Origin: an uncultured Gemmatimonadales bacterium | GTDB lineage: Bacteria > Gemmatimonadota > Gemmatimonadetes > Longimicrobiales > RSA9 | DNA length: 64,000 nucleotides | Assembly: GCA_963816355.1 (NCBI GenBank) | Contig: CAWFKH010000005.1 | Coordinates: forward strand, 128,001-192,000 | Direction of reading: 5' to 3' | In this document: positions 37,184 to 47,874 of the stretch, one piece after another | How positions within the stretch are numbered: position 1 is the first letter of the stretch | Layout: each line of letters starts with the position of its first letter | Notes under the pieces: model-generated | Told to the model about the DNA's origin: nothing | What the model saw: the letters and a program-made list of their open reading frames with translations, nothing else | The model's database searches: none | Position numbers and translations under genes: made by a program

Positions 37184-37678
37184 TCAGCCGTCCGCGTGCG
37201 AGCCACCGCCGTCGCCGGCGAGCCCGAGGAGCGAGCCGGCGTGCAGGAGCACCTGGCGGGCGTTGTCGTAAGTGATCGTGCGAAGCGCTTCGGCGAACGG
37301 GAGCCAGACGCACGCGGAGATCCCCTCGTCGATGCACGGTCTCGCCTCCCCGGCGACGCACTCCATCAGGAAGAAGTGGCAGAACTTGTGGACGAGCCGG
37401 CCGCGGTCGCGGAAGTACCAGTCGATCGACGGCAACTCGCTCTCGACGCGCACGTCGTCGAGGCCGGTCTCCTCGGCCACCTCGCGCAGCGCGGCCTGGC
37501 GTACGCTCTCGCCCTCCTCCACGTGCCCCTTCGGCAGGCCCCAGTTGCCGTACGGGTCGCGGATCAGGAGGAAGTGCGGCTCGCCGTGGCGGTAGACGAC
37601 GCCGCCCGCGCTGGTCTCGCGCCTCGCCTTGCGGCTTCCGCCGCGCCGGCTGCGGCGGCCCTGCGCGTCCTCAGCCAT
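37184..37678 (-). CDS. NUDIX hydrolase
   Basis: [16 protein letters not shown]...[12 protein letters not shown]. Confidence 0.88.
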   Translation of the reverse strand: MAEDAQGRRSRRGGSRKARRETSAGGVVYRHGEPHFLLIRDPYGNWGLPKGHVEEGESVRQAALREVAEETGLDDVRVESELPSIDWYFRDRGRLVHKFCHFFLMECVAGEARPCIDEGISACVWLPFAEALRTITYDNARQVLLHAGSLLGLAGDGGGSHADG

Positions 37679-38645
37679 GGACGACCCGCTCCGCGATCTG
37701 CACCGCGTTGGTCGCCGCGCCCTTGCGCAGGTTGTCGGCGACGATCCAGAGGTGCAGCGTGCGCGGCACGTCCGGGTCGATGCGGATGCGGCCCACGATC
37801 ACCTCGTCGCGACCCGCAGCATCGCTCGGCTGCGGCGGGCGCGGCGCGTCGTGAAGGCGCACGCCCGGCATGCCGGCCAGGGCGCGGTGCGCCGCCTCGA
37901 GGCCGAGCGCCTCTTCCGTCTCCACCGTGGCCGAGACGGAGTGGCCCACGTCGACCGGGACGCGCACGCACGTCGCCGCGACCGCCAGGTCCGGCAGCTC
38001 GAGGATCTTGCGGCTCTCGGCGCGCATCTTGTGCTCCTCCTCCGTCCAGCCGTCGTCGCCGAGCGGCCCGATCGACGGGATCAGGTTGCCGGCGATCGGC
38101 GCGGCGAACACGCCGCTCGGATCCTCGCCGCGCAGCTCCGCGCGCAGGGTGGCGATCCCCTTTGCGCCGGCGCCGGAGACCGACTGGTACGTGCTCGCCA
38201 CGACGCGGCGCAGCCCCGCCGCGCGCCGCAGCGGCTCCAGCGCCATGACGAGCTGGATGGTCGAGCAGTTCGGGTTCGCGATGATGCCGCGCGGCCGCTC
38301 GGCGATGCGGCGCGGGTTGATCTCCGGCACGACCAGCGGTACATCCGCACTCATGCGCCACGCGGAGGAGTTGTCGACGACCACGGCGCCGCGCGCCGCC
38401 GCGACCTCGGCCCACCGCCGGCTGCGCTCGGCGCCGGCGGAGAAGAGCGCGACGACGCAGCCGTCGAACGCCTCCGGCGTCGGCGTGCGGACCTCCCACG
38501 ACCGGCCGCGCCACGTGAGGCGTGAGCCCGCCGACCGCTCGGACGCCAGCGGCACGAGCTCGTCGGCGGGGAAGGCGCGCTCCTCGAGCACGTGCAGCAT
38601 CGTGCGGCCGACGGCACCGGTCGCGCCGAGCACGGCGATCTTCAC
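37671..38645 (-). CDS. asd: Aspartate-semialdehyde dehydrogenase
   Basis: [32 protein letters not shown] start overlaps the lysC stop. Confidence 0.95.
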   Translation of the reverse strand: MKIAVLGATGAVGRTMLHVLEERAFPADELVPLASERSAGSRLTWRGRSWEVRTPTPEAFDGCVVALFSAGAERSRRWAEVAAARGAVVVDNSSAWRMSADVPLVVPEINPRRIAERPRGIIANPNCSTIQLVMALEPLRRAAGLRRVVASTYQSVSGAGAKGIATLRAELRGEDPSGVFAAPIAGNLIPSIGPLGDDGWTEEEHKMRAESRKILELPDLAVAATCVRVPVDVGHSVSATVETEEALGLEAAHRALAGMPGVRLHDAPRPPQPSDAAGRDEVIVGRIRIDPDVPRTLHLWIVADNLRKGAATNAVQIAERVVHG

Positions 38646-39874
38646 GGCGCGCCGTCCAGCCCGAAGGCGCGGTGGAGCGCGCGCACGGCCGTGTCCGCGG
38701 CCGCCGCATCGACGAGGAGGGAGATCGAGATCGAGGAGGTCGAGAGGCCGAGGACGTCGATCTCCTCGGCGAGAAGCGCCTCGAACGCGCGGGCGTAGAC
38801 GCCGGGCCGGCCGTGCATGCCGCTGCCGACGAGGGTGACGCGGGCGAGGCCGGGGTGCGTCTCGACGTCCTGGCCGCCCAGCTCGCCGGAGAGCGCGTGG
38901 CAGATGCCGGCGGCGGAATCGAGATCCCGCTCGGGGACCGTGAGGCGGAGATCGCGCAGGCCGTCGACACGATCCATCTGCGATACCAGGTCCACGCTGA
39001 CCCCGGCGGCGGAGAGGCCGGAGAGCACGGCCGCGGTCGAGCGCATCTCGCCGGGCAGGCCGCGCAGCAGAACGGCCGCGAACCCCTTCTCCGCCGCGAT
39101 GCCGGTGAGCTCCAGTCCTTCCATCCGTGGCTCCTCGTGCGTGATGAGCGTGCCGACCGCGCCCTCCTCGAACGAGGAGAGCACCCGGATCGGCACGGCG
39201 AAGCGGGCGCCGAGCTCGACGGCACGGGCGTGCATCACCTGCGCGCCGCCGGTCGCCAGCTCGAGCATCTCGCGATAATCGATCCGCTCGATGCGCCGCG
39301 CCTCCGGCACGACGCGCGGATCCGCCGTATAGACACCGTCCACGTCCGTATGGATCTCGCAGCGCTCGGCGCCGAGCGCCGCGGCGAGCGCGACCGCCGT
39401 GGTGTCGGAGCCGCCGCGGCCCAGCGTCGTCACCTCGCGGCGCCGGCTCACGCCCTGAAAGCCGGCGACGATCACGATGCGCCCCGCGGCGAGCGCTTCC
39501 CGCACGCGCGCCGCGCCGACCTCCTCGATGCGCGCGCCGGTGTGCACGTCGTCGGTGATGATCGCCGCCTGCGAGCCGGTGAAGCTGATCGCCTCCTCGC
39601 CGCGCTCGCGGATCGCCATGGCGAGCAGCGCCATCGACACGCGCTCGCCGGCGCTCAGCAGCATGTCCACTTCGCGCGGATGGCGCCGCACGGCGTCGCC
39701 GGCGACCGCGGCCGCCAGCCTCAGCAGCTCGTCCGTCGCGTGGCCCATCGCCGAGACGACGACGACGACGTCGAGCCCGCGACGCCGCTCGCGCACGACG
39801 CGATCCGCCACGCGGCCGATCCGTTCGGGATCGCCCACGGATGTGCCGCCGAACTTCTGGACGAGCAGGGCCAT
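38642..39874 (-). CDS. lysC: Aspartate kinase
   Basis: [30 protein letters not shown], two ACT domains. Confidence 0.95.
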   Translation of the reverse strand: MALLVQKFGGTSVGDPERIGRVADRVVRERRRGLDVVVVVSAMGHATDELLRLAAAVAGDAVRRHPREVDMLLSAGERVSMALLAMAIRERGEEAISFTGSQAAIITDDVHTGARIEEVGAARVREALAAGRIVIVAGFQGVSRRREVTTLGRGGSDTTAVALAAALGAERCEIHTDVDGVYTADPRVVPEARRIERIDYREMLELATGGAQVMHARAVELGARFAVPIRVLSSFEEGAVGTLITHEEPRMEGLELTGIAAEKGFAAVLLRGLPGEMRSTAAVLSGLSAAGVSVDLVSQMDRVDGLRDLRLTVPERDLDSAAGICHALSGELGGQDVETHPGLARVTLVGSGMHGRPGVYARAFEALLAEEIDVLGLSTSSISISLLVDAAAADTAVRALHRAFGLDGAP

Positions 39875-40003
39875 GCCGAATACTCATGCAAGAGACGGGC
39901 AGCCACGGCACCGGCATTGCGCCGCCACCGCCGGCGCCGAACATTATCGTGGTCCGCCGCGCGAGGCGACGACCGCCAACCTCGAACGCTCTCCGGTGCA
40001 CGG

Positions 40004-40372
40004 ATGGTCCGCAAGCCGATCCTGATCGTGGACGACGAGCCGGGTGTCCGCCGGCTCTTCTCCCGCGTGCTGCTCCGCGCCGGCTACTCCATCGCCGAGG
40101 CGAGCGACGGCGTCGAAGCGATCGCGGTCGCGCGCGAGCGAGAGCCGGCGCTCATCCTGATGGACCTCGACATGCCGCGGAAGAACGGGTGGGAGGCGGC
40201 GGCGGAGCTGAAGGCGGACCCGGCGACGGCGTCGATCCGCATCGTCGCCACGTCGGCACGCGACGTGTTCGAGGGCGGCGCGGGCCCGTTCGCCGAGTTC
40301 CTCTCGAAGCCGATCACGCCGGAGCTCCTGCTCTCGGCCGTCGAACGGCTGGCCGAGGGCCAGGCGCCGTGA
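40004..40372 (+). CDS. Single-domain response regulator
   Basis: ILIVDDE, LMDLDMP, FLSKP. Confidence 0.88.
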   Translation: MVRKPILIVDDEPGVRRLFSRVLLRAGYSIAEASDGVEAIAVAREREPALILMDLDMPRKNGWEAAAELKADPATASIRIVATSARDVFEGGAGPFAEFLSKPITPELLLSAVERLAEGQAP

Positions 40373-40373
40373 T

Positions 40374-41360
40374 TCAGAAGATGCGCAGGTTGATGTACTT
40401 GCGCGGATTCTTGCGGAGGTCCTCGAGCAGCGCCTGCAACTGCGCGTTCGTCAGCACCAGCTGACCGTAGAGCGTCGAGTCCTGCAGCAGCCGCGCCACC
40501 GTGCCCTGCCCACGGGCCGCCATCGTCGCGACGTCGGAGAGCGCGGCGAAGGTGGTGTCCGCGTTCGCCATCGTGCGGTTGAGCCGGTCGCCGAAGCCGA
40601 CGAGCGAGCCGCTGATCGAGTCGAGCTGCGCGCTCGCGTGCTGCATGTTGCGCACGATGTCCGTCAGCTCCCCGCCCTGCACCGCCGCCTGCACCTGCTG
40701 CGCCACCTGCCGCACCGCGATGGCCGCCTCGTTCATCGTCTCGGTGGTCGCGTTCAGGTTGCCCGCGACGCCCTTCAAGGTGGACTCCTGCCGCTCGACC
40801 AGACCGGTGAGCTGAGAGCTCAGCTCCTGGATGTTCTCGATCGCGTCGCGCAACTGCAGCGCGGTCTCCTCCGTGAACGCGATCTGGATGCGCTCGCTCA
40901 ACGTGGCGAGGTTCTCGGCGATGCGGTCCGCGACGGCGGTGAGCTGCGAGATGTCGGGCAGAGAGTAGCCCGGCAGCACGCCCTGCTCGCGCGGCTCGGC
41001 GTAGTCGTAGCCGGGGAAGCGGCTCCTGGGGAAGACCTCGGCCTGCCAGTCGCCGAACATCGATTCCGGCGAGAGGAGCACGATCGCGTCCTGGGGCAGG
41101 TGGACGTCGCGGCGGACGGTCATGGTGACGAGGACGGTCTGCCCGTCCGGATCCAGCTCGATCTCCTCGACGCGGCCGATCGGAACGCCGCGCAGCTTGA
41201 CGCCGTTCCCCTTCAGCAGCTGGCCCACTTCGCGGAAGCGCGCCTGCAGCACCACCTCGTCGCGGCCGAGCCCCTTCCCCTTCAGCCAGACGATGCCGAA
41301 GATGGCGATGAGGATGCCCACGACGATCATCAAGCCCACGGCGACATCCGAGCGGCGCAT
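40374..41360 (-). CDS. MlaD/MCE family protein
   Basis: N-terminal TM, GNGVKLRGVPIGRV, helical C-terminus ending NPRKY. Confidence 0.88.
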   Translation of the reverse strand: MRRSDVAVGLMIVVGILIAIFGIVWLKGKGLGRDEVVLQARFREVGQLLKGNGVKLRGVPIGRVEEIELDPDGQTVLVTMTVRRDVHLPQDAIVLLSPESMFGDWQAEVFPRSRFPGYDYAEPREQGVLPGYSLPDISQLTAVADRIAENLATLSERIQIAFTEETALQLRDAIENIQELSSQLTGLVERQESTLKGVAGNLNATTETMNEAAIAVRQVAQQVQAAVQGGELTDIVRNMQHASAQLDSISGSLVGFGDRLNRTMANADTTFAALSDVATMAARGQGTVARLLQDSTLYGQLVLTNAQLQALLEDLRKNPRKYINLRIF

Positions 41361-42106
41361 CAGGCGGCCTCCTGTGCGAGATCCGGGCGGCCCTCGACGA
41401 ACGCGCGCACCACGGCGTCGTCCGTCTCCTGGGTCTCCTGAGGCGTGCCGACGAAGCGGATCGAGCCCCGGTAGAGCATCGCCACCCGGCTCGCCACGCG
41501 GAACGCGCTCTTCATGTCGTGCGTGACGAGGACGCTCGTGACGTTCAGCTCGCGGCGCAGCTTGATCACGAGGTTGTCGATCACCGCGGTGGTCACCGGG
41601 TCGAGGCCGGTCGTCGGCTCGTCGTAGAGGAGGTACTTCGGGCGCGTCGCGATCGCGCGGGCGAGGCCGACGCGCTTGCGCTGCCCGCCCGAGAGCTCGC
41701 CCGGCATGCGGGGGCCGAAGCCGTCGAGCTCGACCAGCCGCAGCGAGTCCTCCACCCGCTCCGCCGCCTCCCCCTCCGGCATCCTCATCCGGCGCAGCCC
41801 CATGGCGACGTTGTCGAAGACGCTCATCGAGTCGAAGAGCGCGGCGAACTGGAAGACGTACCCGACGCGCCGGCGCAGATCGTAGAGGGCGTCGCGCGTG
41901 AGGTGGATCACCTCCTGGCCATCGACGACGACGGTGCCGGCGTCCTGCCGCAGGAGCCCGACGATCGTCTTGAGCAGCACCGACTTGCCGGAGCCGGAGT
42001 AGCCGATCACGGCGAGCGTCTCGCCTTCCTCCACGTGGAGCGACACGTCGATCAGGACCGGCTTTGAGCCGAACGCCCTGGCGACGTCCTGCAGCACGAT
42101 GCTCAT
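41360..42106 (-). CDS. MlaF-type ABC ATPase
   Basis: GYSGSGKS, LSGGQRKRV, YDEPTTGLDP. Confidence 0.9.
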   Translation of the reverse strand: MSIVLQDVARAFGSKPVLIDVSLHVEEGETLAVIGYSGSGKSVLLKTIVGLLRQDAGTVVVDGQEVIHLTRDALYDLRRRVGYVFQFAALFDSMSVFDNVAMGLRRMRMPEGEAAERVEDSLRLVELDGFGPRMPGELSGGQRKRVGLARAIATRPKYLLYDEPTTGLDPVTTAVIDNLVIKLRRELNVTSVLVTHDMKSAFRVASRVAMLYRGSIRFVGTPQETQETDDAVVRAFVEGRPDLAQEAA

Positions 42107-42116
42107 CTGCGCCGCC

Positions 42117-42899
42117 TCACAGGAGCACGACCGCCCAGAAGGCGTCCAGGACCAGGATCAGCATGCTGCTCACCACCACCGCCTGGGTCGTCGAGCGGCC
42201 CACCGCCTCCGCGCCGCCCATCGTGGTAAACCCGTAGTAGCTGCCGATCAGCGTGACCGCCACGCCGAAGGAGCCCGCCTTGATCAGCGAGAACGTCACG
42301 TCGAACGGCTTGAAGAAGAGGCGCAGTCCGCGCACGAACTCGGCGGTCGACAGGTCGAGCAGGTTCAGCGACGTGATCCAGCCGGCGACGATCCCCACGC
42401 CGTTCGCGAAGATCACGATCACCGGGAACATCACCAGGCCGGCGAGCACGCGCGGCACCGTGAGGTAGGAGAGCGGGTCGTAGGCGAGCGTCTCGAGCGC
42501 GTCGATCTGCTCCGTCACCCGCATCGTGCCGATCTCCGCCGCGATGTTCGCCCCCACGCGGCCCGCCAGCGCCAGCCCCGTCAGCACCGGACCGAGTTCG
42601 AGGATCATCGTCTTGCCGGTGAGCGTGCCGACGAAGTAGAGCGGGATCGCGCCGGTGAAGGTGTAGGACGCCTGCAGCGCGAGCACGATCCCGGTGAAGC
42701 CGGCGATGAAGATGGCGATCGGCAGCGAGTCGACGCCGATCCGCGCGAGCTGGACGAGGAAGAGCCGCCCCCACGTCGCCGTGTCGCGCAGCGCGCCGGC
42801 GCTCTCGGTCACGTAGTGGCCGAAGCGGCCGAAGCCGGCGACCGCGTCCGTGGCTGCCCGGCCGATTGCGGCGAGCGGCGTCGTCACCCATTCCAGCAT
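42117..42899 (-). CDS. MlaE-type ABC permease
   Basis: ELGPVLT, AEIGTMRVTEQIDALE, VGRSTTQAVV. Confidence 0.9.
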   Translation of the reverse strand: MLEWVTTPLAAIGRAATDAVAGFGRFGHYVTESAGALRDTATWGRLFLVQLARIGVDSLPIAIFIAGFTGIVLALQASYTFTGAIPLYFVGTLTGKTMILELGPVLTGLALAGRVGANIAAEIGTMRVTEQIDALETLAYDPLSYLTVPRVLAGLVMFPVIVIFANGVGIVAGWITSLNLLDLSTAEFVRGLRLFFKPFDVTFSLIKAGSFGVAVTLIGSYYGFTTMGGAEAVGRSTTQAVVVSSMLILVLDAFWAVVLL

Positions 42900-42925
42900 C
42901 CGCTCAAGATAGGCCGGCCGCGCCC

Positions 42926-43747
42926 TCAGTGTCCACGGGGCGTCCAACGCGGCCGCGGAGCGCACGGAACCTCGCCCAGACGATGCGCGAGCTCGTAGAA
43001 GCGGCCCAATCCCTGCAGCGCGCGCTCGTCCAGACGGTACTGGAGCTGCCGCCAGTAGTCGAGTAGCACCTCCGGCGGCAGGCGGAATTCGGCGGCGTGA
43101 CGGTCGGCGAGATCCGCCGCGTTCGCCTCGAAGTAGTCGAGCGAGCGCAGGAGGCGCGCGTGGAGGCCGGCCAGCTCCGCGTCGCGTTCGGGACCGAGCG
43201 GCGTCTGCCACACCGCGAAGACGAACGGCAGACCGGTCCACTCGCGCCACTCCGCGCCCAGGTCGAATCGCAGCACGTCGCGCCGCGGGCGGCGCAGGGC
43301 GACGTCGCCGATCCACAGAGCGGCGGCCGCTCCGGCGGCGATCGGATCGGCGGCGTCCGACTGCTCGAAGGCGTGGTAGCGCGGCCGCGCGCCGGTGCGC
43401 AGCTCGAGCAGGATTCGCAACAGCACGACGGATGTGGCCGACGCCGTCGGCAGCGCGACGTCGGCACCCGTGAGGCGCGCGGGGTCGCGCGTCGTCTCGA
43501 ACAGGATACTGCGGACCGGCCCGTCGGCGGCGATGGTGACGTCGGGCACGATGCGGTAGCGGTCGGCGTGCCGCGCGAACTCGATGCTCGACGACGGCGC
43601 CACGTCGATCTCGCCGGCGGCGAGCAGCGCGTTCAACGCGGAGGGGATGCCGCGCCGGATGTCGATCTCCGGCGCCTCTTCGCGGTCGAGCAGCGCGGCG
43701 TGAACCGGGAAGCAGTTACTGTACTCGATGTGACCGAGGCGGATCAT
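42926..43747 (-). CDS. mqnA: Chorismate dehydratase (futalosine menaquinone pathway)
   Basis: RLGHIEYSNCFP, SATS, IGDVAL, DLGAEW..WTGLPFVFAVW. Confidence 0.85.
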   Translation of the reverse strand: MIRLGHIEYSNCFPVHAALLDREEAPEIDIRRGIPSALNALLAAGEIDVAPSSSIEFARHADRYRIVPDVTIAADGPVRSILFETTRDPARLTGADVALPTASATSVVLLRILLELRTGARPRYHAFEQSDAADPIAAGAAAALWIGDVALRRPRRDVLRFDLGAEWREWTGLPFVFAVWQTPLGPERDAELAGLHARLLRSLDYFEANAADLADRHAAEFRLPPEVLLDYWRQLQYRLDERALQGLGRFYELAHRLGEVPCAPRPRWTPRGH

Positions 43748-43771
43748 GCGTTTCGCGATGGCCGGAGGACC

Positions 43772-44749
43772 ATGAAGAGCGGCGCGGGCGGGCCTCGCGT
43801 GTGGACCGGTGCGGCGCTCCTCGCCGTGCTCGTCGGCACGTGCGCGGTGATCTTCTTCCTCGATTCGATCGAGCGCAAGTTCGTCGACCGCTTCACCGTG
43901 GTCGCGGTGCTCCCGGGCGAACAGGCCATACTGCCCGGAACGCCGGTGTGGCTGGGCGGCAAGGAGGTCGGCCGCGTGTCCGCCGTGCGCCTGCTTCCCG
44001 TCTCCAGCGACACGCTCACCCGCGTCGCCGCCCTGCTCGAGCTGCCCACGCGCGTGCGGCCGTATCTGCGGCGCGATTCCGGGCTGCGGACGACGACGCT
44101 GAACCCGCTCAGCGGCCCGGTGCTCGCGATCTCGCCCGGCAGCCCGGCGGCGCCTCCGCTCTCCGCTGGCGACACGCTGCGGACGCGCGCCGCCGCGAGC
44201 ACAACTGATTTGATCGCGCGCGTGAGCGGGGTCTACGCCTCGTTCGACTCCCTGCGCCGCGAGCTCGAGCCGGTCGCGGGCCGCGCCCGCTCGCGCGCGC
44301 TCGCGCTGCGCCGCCTGTCCGCTTCGGTCGACGACGCGCACGGCGCCTTCGCGCAGCTGCGCGGCGCGCTCGACGGCGGCACGGTCGGCGCCATGCTGCG
44401 CGACACGGCGCTGAGCGCCGGAACGCGGCGGGCGCGCGCCGACCTCGCCGCGCTCTCGGCGGCCATGCGCGAGCGCGCCGCCCGCTTCGAGGCGCTGTTG
44501 CCACGGGCCGCGGCCGAGTCGGGAACGCAGCGCGCCGCCGGCGATTCGCTGGCGGGCGACGTCGCCGGGAGGCTCCGCACGCTCGCCGCGCGGCTCGACT
44601 CGCTACGCGCCGGCTTCAGCGCCGCCGACGGAACGCTTCCGCGCCTGGCTCGTGACAGCGCCCTCGCCGTGGCGCTCACCGGCGTGCGCGCCGCGCTCGA
44701 CTCGCTCGTCGCGGACGCGAAGCGGCATCCGCTGCGTTACGTGTTCTGA
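43772..44749 (+). CDS. Second MlaD/MCE family protein
   Basis: TM helix, GTPVWLGGKEVGRV, C-terminal HPLRY. Confidence 0.8.
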   Translation: MKSGAGGPRVWTGAALLAVLVGTCAVIFFLDSIERKFVDRFTVVAVLPGEQAILPGTPVWLGGKEVGRVSAVRLLPVSSDTLTRVAALLELPTRVRPYLRRDSGLRTTTLNPLSGPVLAISPGSPAAPPLSAGDTLRTRAAASTTDLIARVSGVYASFDSLRRELEPVAGRARSRALALRRLSASVDDAHGAFAQLRGALDGGTVGAMLRDTALSAGTRRARADLAALSAAMRERAARFEALLPRAAAESGTQRAAGDSLAGDVAGRLRTLAARLDSLRAGFSAADGTLPRLARDSALAVALTGVRAALDSLVADAKRHPLRYVF

Positions 44750-44775
44750 GGGTGGATCGGAGGAGCGCGGGCGGG

Positions 44776-45120
44776 TCAGGCGGAGGGATCGCTGTCGATC
44801 GTGAAGACGATGGTGGCGTCGTCGGCGGGCCTGCCGGGCAGCACGGTCTCCACGATCACGCGCCGCACGACGCGGCGCGGGTCGCGCACGAGGAGCTCGA
44901 TGTCGAGGCCCTGCTCGGACGAGGAAAGGCGCGTGCGCACGCTGCGGCCCGGCTTCTCCTCCCGCTCGCCGGGATTGCGGAAGAGCGTCTTCGTCGACTG
45001 CCGGCCGCTCTCGAGCGAGCGCGTGACCTTCACCTGCCGCAGCCAGTCCGGCTGATAGCCGACCGTGTAGGTGTGGCCCCGCTGGTCGGAACCGGTACCC
45101 TCTCGATTGTGGCGCGCCAT
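44776..45120 (-). CDS. Hypothetical protein
   Basis: GGAGG RBS; natural-looking composition; divergent from rho. Confidence 0.6.
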   Translation of the reverse strand: MARHNREGTGSDQRGHTYTVGYQPDWLRQVKVTRSLESGRQSTKTLFRNPGEREEKPGRSVRTRLSSSEQGLDIELLVRDPRRVVRRVIVETVLPGRPADDATIVFTIDSDPSA

Positions 45121-45389
45121 GCATGCCTCCGAAGACGGCTGTGCCAGGGGGACGTATCTTCGGCGAGCGGCGTCGGGCTGTCAACCGCAGATCCCTTGAC
45201 CGGCGCCGGGGCGCGTGGTAAACTAGCGCCATCATCCACAGCTCAACCTCCCCGACGACTGGTTGAGGCGCGGTCCCCGCGCCGGTCCGATCCGCACCTA
45301 CCTTTCCTGATCCGACCGATCGACAGCAATCCCCCGACGGCGCGACGGCCTGACTGAGCGAACACCATGACCCACCTACGGAGTGTCCC

Positions 45390-46640
45390 GTGGACATAGC
45401 CGAGCTGAAGAGCAAATCCATCGCCGAGCTGCACGAGATGGCGGAAGAGCTCAACATCTCGAACTACTCGGGCCTGCGAAAGCAGGACCTGATCTTCCGC
45501 ATCGAGCAGAACCTCCTGGACAGCGATGTCGTGCTGCGCGGGGAGGGCGTGCTGGAGATCCTGCCGGAGGGATACGGCTTCCTCCGCTCGCAGGACTGGA
45601 ACTACCTGTACGGCCCCGACGACATCTACGTGAGCCCATCGCAGATCAAGCGCTTCGACCTGCGCACTGGCGACACGGTGTTGGGGCAGGTGCGGCCGCC
45701 GAAGGATGGCGAGCGCTATCTGGCGCTGCTGAAGGTCGAGTCGGTGAACGGCGACGAGCCGGACCGCGCCAAGCACCGGATCGCCTTCGACAACCTGCGT
45801 CCGCGCTACCCCGAGGAGCGCATCAAGCTGGAGACGGAGGACGGCGACCTCTCGATGCGCCTGATGGACCTCGTCTCGCCTTTCGGCAAGGGACAGCGCG
45901 GGCTGATCGTCTCGCCGCCGAAGGCCGGAAAGACGACGATCCTGCAGAAGATCGCCAATTCGATCATCGAGAACCATCCGGAGATCCACCTGATCGTGCT
46001 GCTGATCGACGAGCGGCCCGAAGAGGTAACGGACATGGAGGAGCACGTCTCGGCCGAGGTGATCTCCTCCACGTTCGACGAGCCTGCCGACCGCCACACG
46101 CAGGTGGCGGAGATGGTGATCGAGAAGGCGAAGCGGCTCGTCGAGCACGGCCGCGACGTCGTCATCCTGCTCGACTCGATCACCCGCCTCGCCCGTGCCT
46201 ACAACGTGACCGTCCCCCACTCCGGCAAGATCCTGTCGGGCGGCGTCGATGCACACGCGCTGCACAAGCCGAAGCGCTTCTTCGGAGCCGCCCGCAACAT
46301 CGACAGCGGCGGATCGCTGACGATCATCGCGACGGCGCTGATCGAGACCGGCTCGCGAATGGACGAGGTGATCTTCGAGGAGTTCAAAGGGACCGGCAAC
46401 GCGGAAGTCGTGCTCGACCGCCACATCGCGGACAAGCGCGTCTATCCGGCCATCGACATCAACCGGTCCGGCACGCGCAAGGAGGAGCTGCTCCTCGACG
46501 AGGCGGAGCTCAACCGCGTCTACCTGCTGCGCAACTTCCTGAGCGACATGCCTCCCGCCGAAGCGCTCGAGTTCCTGCTCGACCGCATGCGTCGCACGAA
46601 GAGCAACAAGGAGTTCCTCGACAGCATGGCGAAAGGCTGA
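45390..46640 (+). CDS. rho: Transcription termination factor Rho
   Basis: [41 protein letters not shown]. Confidence 0.97.
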   Translation: MDIAELKSKSIAELHEMAEELNISNYSGLRKQDLIFRIEQNLLDSDVVLRGEGVLEILPEGYGFLRSQDWNYLYGPDDIYVSPSQIKRFDLRTGDTVLGQVRPPKDGERYLALLKVESVNGDEPDRAKHRIAFDNLRPRYPEERIKLETEDGDLSMRLMDLVSPFGKGQRGLIVSPPKAGKTTILQKIANSIIENHPEIHLIVLLIDERPEEVTDMEEHVSAEVISSTFDEPADRHTQVAEMVIEKAKRLVEHGRDVVILLDSITRLARAYNVTVPHSGKILSGGVDAHALHKPKRFFGAARNIDSGGSLTIIATALIETGSRMDEVIFEEFKGTGNAEVVLDRHIADKRVYPAIDINRSGTRKEELLLDEAELNRVYLLRNFLSDMPPAEALEFLLDRMRRTKSNKEFLDSMAKG

Positions 46641-46658
46641 GCATCGCGGAAGGACCAG

Positions 46659-47168
46659 CTAGCGACCGCCGAGATTCCCTCGCACCAGCAGCTCGACGCT
46701 CGCGCGCTGCGGACCGGACAGGTCCGCGGGCGCGGCGAGCACGAAGGCGGGTAGCGCCGCGTCCCGCGGCACGAAGATCCGCAGCTCCCGTCCGGCTCCA
46801 CCGGCCGCGTCGGCCCCCGTCGCGCTCGACGGACCGACCGATTCCGCCCTGCCGCTTTCGTCGATGACGAAGTAGCTGCCGCCGCCCGCGAGCTCGGCGA
46901 TGCGGTGGCCGTAGGCGAGCCATTCCGCGAGGGGCTCGGCGCCCTGGTCGGCGATGCGCGGGACGAGCACCTCGGAGTAGTGGCGGAGCGCGTCGGCGAA
47001 CGCGTCCGGCCGCGCGACCTTGAACGCCTTCAACGCCGTGCGGTACGCGTCGCGCGGGTCCTGCACGCCGGCCGTGGCGAGGGTGTCCGCCAGACGCGCC
47101 GCGGCGCGCTCGGACGCTGCGCCGGCACCGGGATCGGCGGCGGGAGGGGTCGCTCGGGGATCGCTCAT
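46659..47168 (-). CDS. Hypothetical protein
   Basis: Natural-looking ORF (DPRDAYR..LK...IDESGRA) convergent with rho. Confidence 0.6.
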   Translation of the reverse strand: MSDPRATPPAADPGAGAASERAAARLADTLATAGVQDPRDAYRTALKAFKVARPDAFADALRHYSEVLVPRIADQGAEPLAEWLAYGHRIAELAGGGSYFVIDESGRAESVGPSSATGADAAGGAGRELRIFVPRDAALPAFVLAAPADLSGPQRASVELLVRGNLGGR

Positions 47169-47292
47169 GCGCCGAGAATGGGCGCGGGCGGCGGGCGAAG
47201 CAAGGGCGGCGGCCGGGCGGCGGCGAGAACCACTTCCCCGCGGCGCGGCTCCGCGCTAACTTGCCATCCCGTTCCCCGTTCCGCAGAGAGCC

Positions 47293-47841
47293 ATGTCCCC
47301 TCGAAGCCCGTTTCCGACGCACGCGCACACCACCGGCTCGGGCGCCAACGGCGTGATCGACATGGGCTGGGAGATGTTCGGGGAGCTCTGCCGCGCGCTC
47401 GCCCTCAAGGTTTCGCGCAGCGGATACCAGCCGGAGCTGGTGGTCGGCATCGCGAAGGCCGGCGTGATTCCCGGGGCGGTCGTCGCATCCATGCTGCGCT
47501 GCGACTTCTTCTCGATGAAGATCAGCCGCAGGGCCGGCATGGAGAAGGTCCGCGACAAGCCGAAGATCCTCTCGGCGGCGCCGCGTCAGGTGGCGGGACG
47601 GCGCGTCCTGATCGTGGACGAGATCTGCACGACCGGAGAGACGCTGCGCATGGCGCTGGCCGCGGTGCGCAACGTGAACCCGACGGAAGTACGCACGGCG
47701 GTGAGCTTCATCCGCCTGGGCGGCTATCAGCCGGACTACTTCGCGCTGCAGACGGACGACACGATCGTCTTCCCGTGGGACCGCCAGGTCCTCGACGAGG
47801 GGGCGCTCACCGAGAATCCGGGGTACGCGGGTCTCCTGTAG
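47293..47841 (+). CDS. Type I phosphoribosyltransferase
   Basis: VLIVDEICTTGETL PRPP loop; IVFPWD. Confidence 0.88.
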   Translation: MSPRSPFPTHAHTTGSGANGVIDMGWEMFGELCRALALKVSRSGYQPELVVGIAKAGVIPGAVVASMLRCDFFSMKISRRAGMEKVRDKPKILSAAPRQVAGRRVLIVDEICTTGETLRMALAAVRNVNPTEVRTAVSFIRLGGYQPDYFALQTDDTIVFPWDRQVLDEGALTENPGYAGLL

Positions 47842-47874
47842 GCCGCGCGAGTTGATGCATCGCGCCGGCGCACT

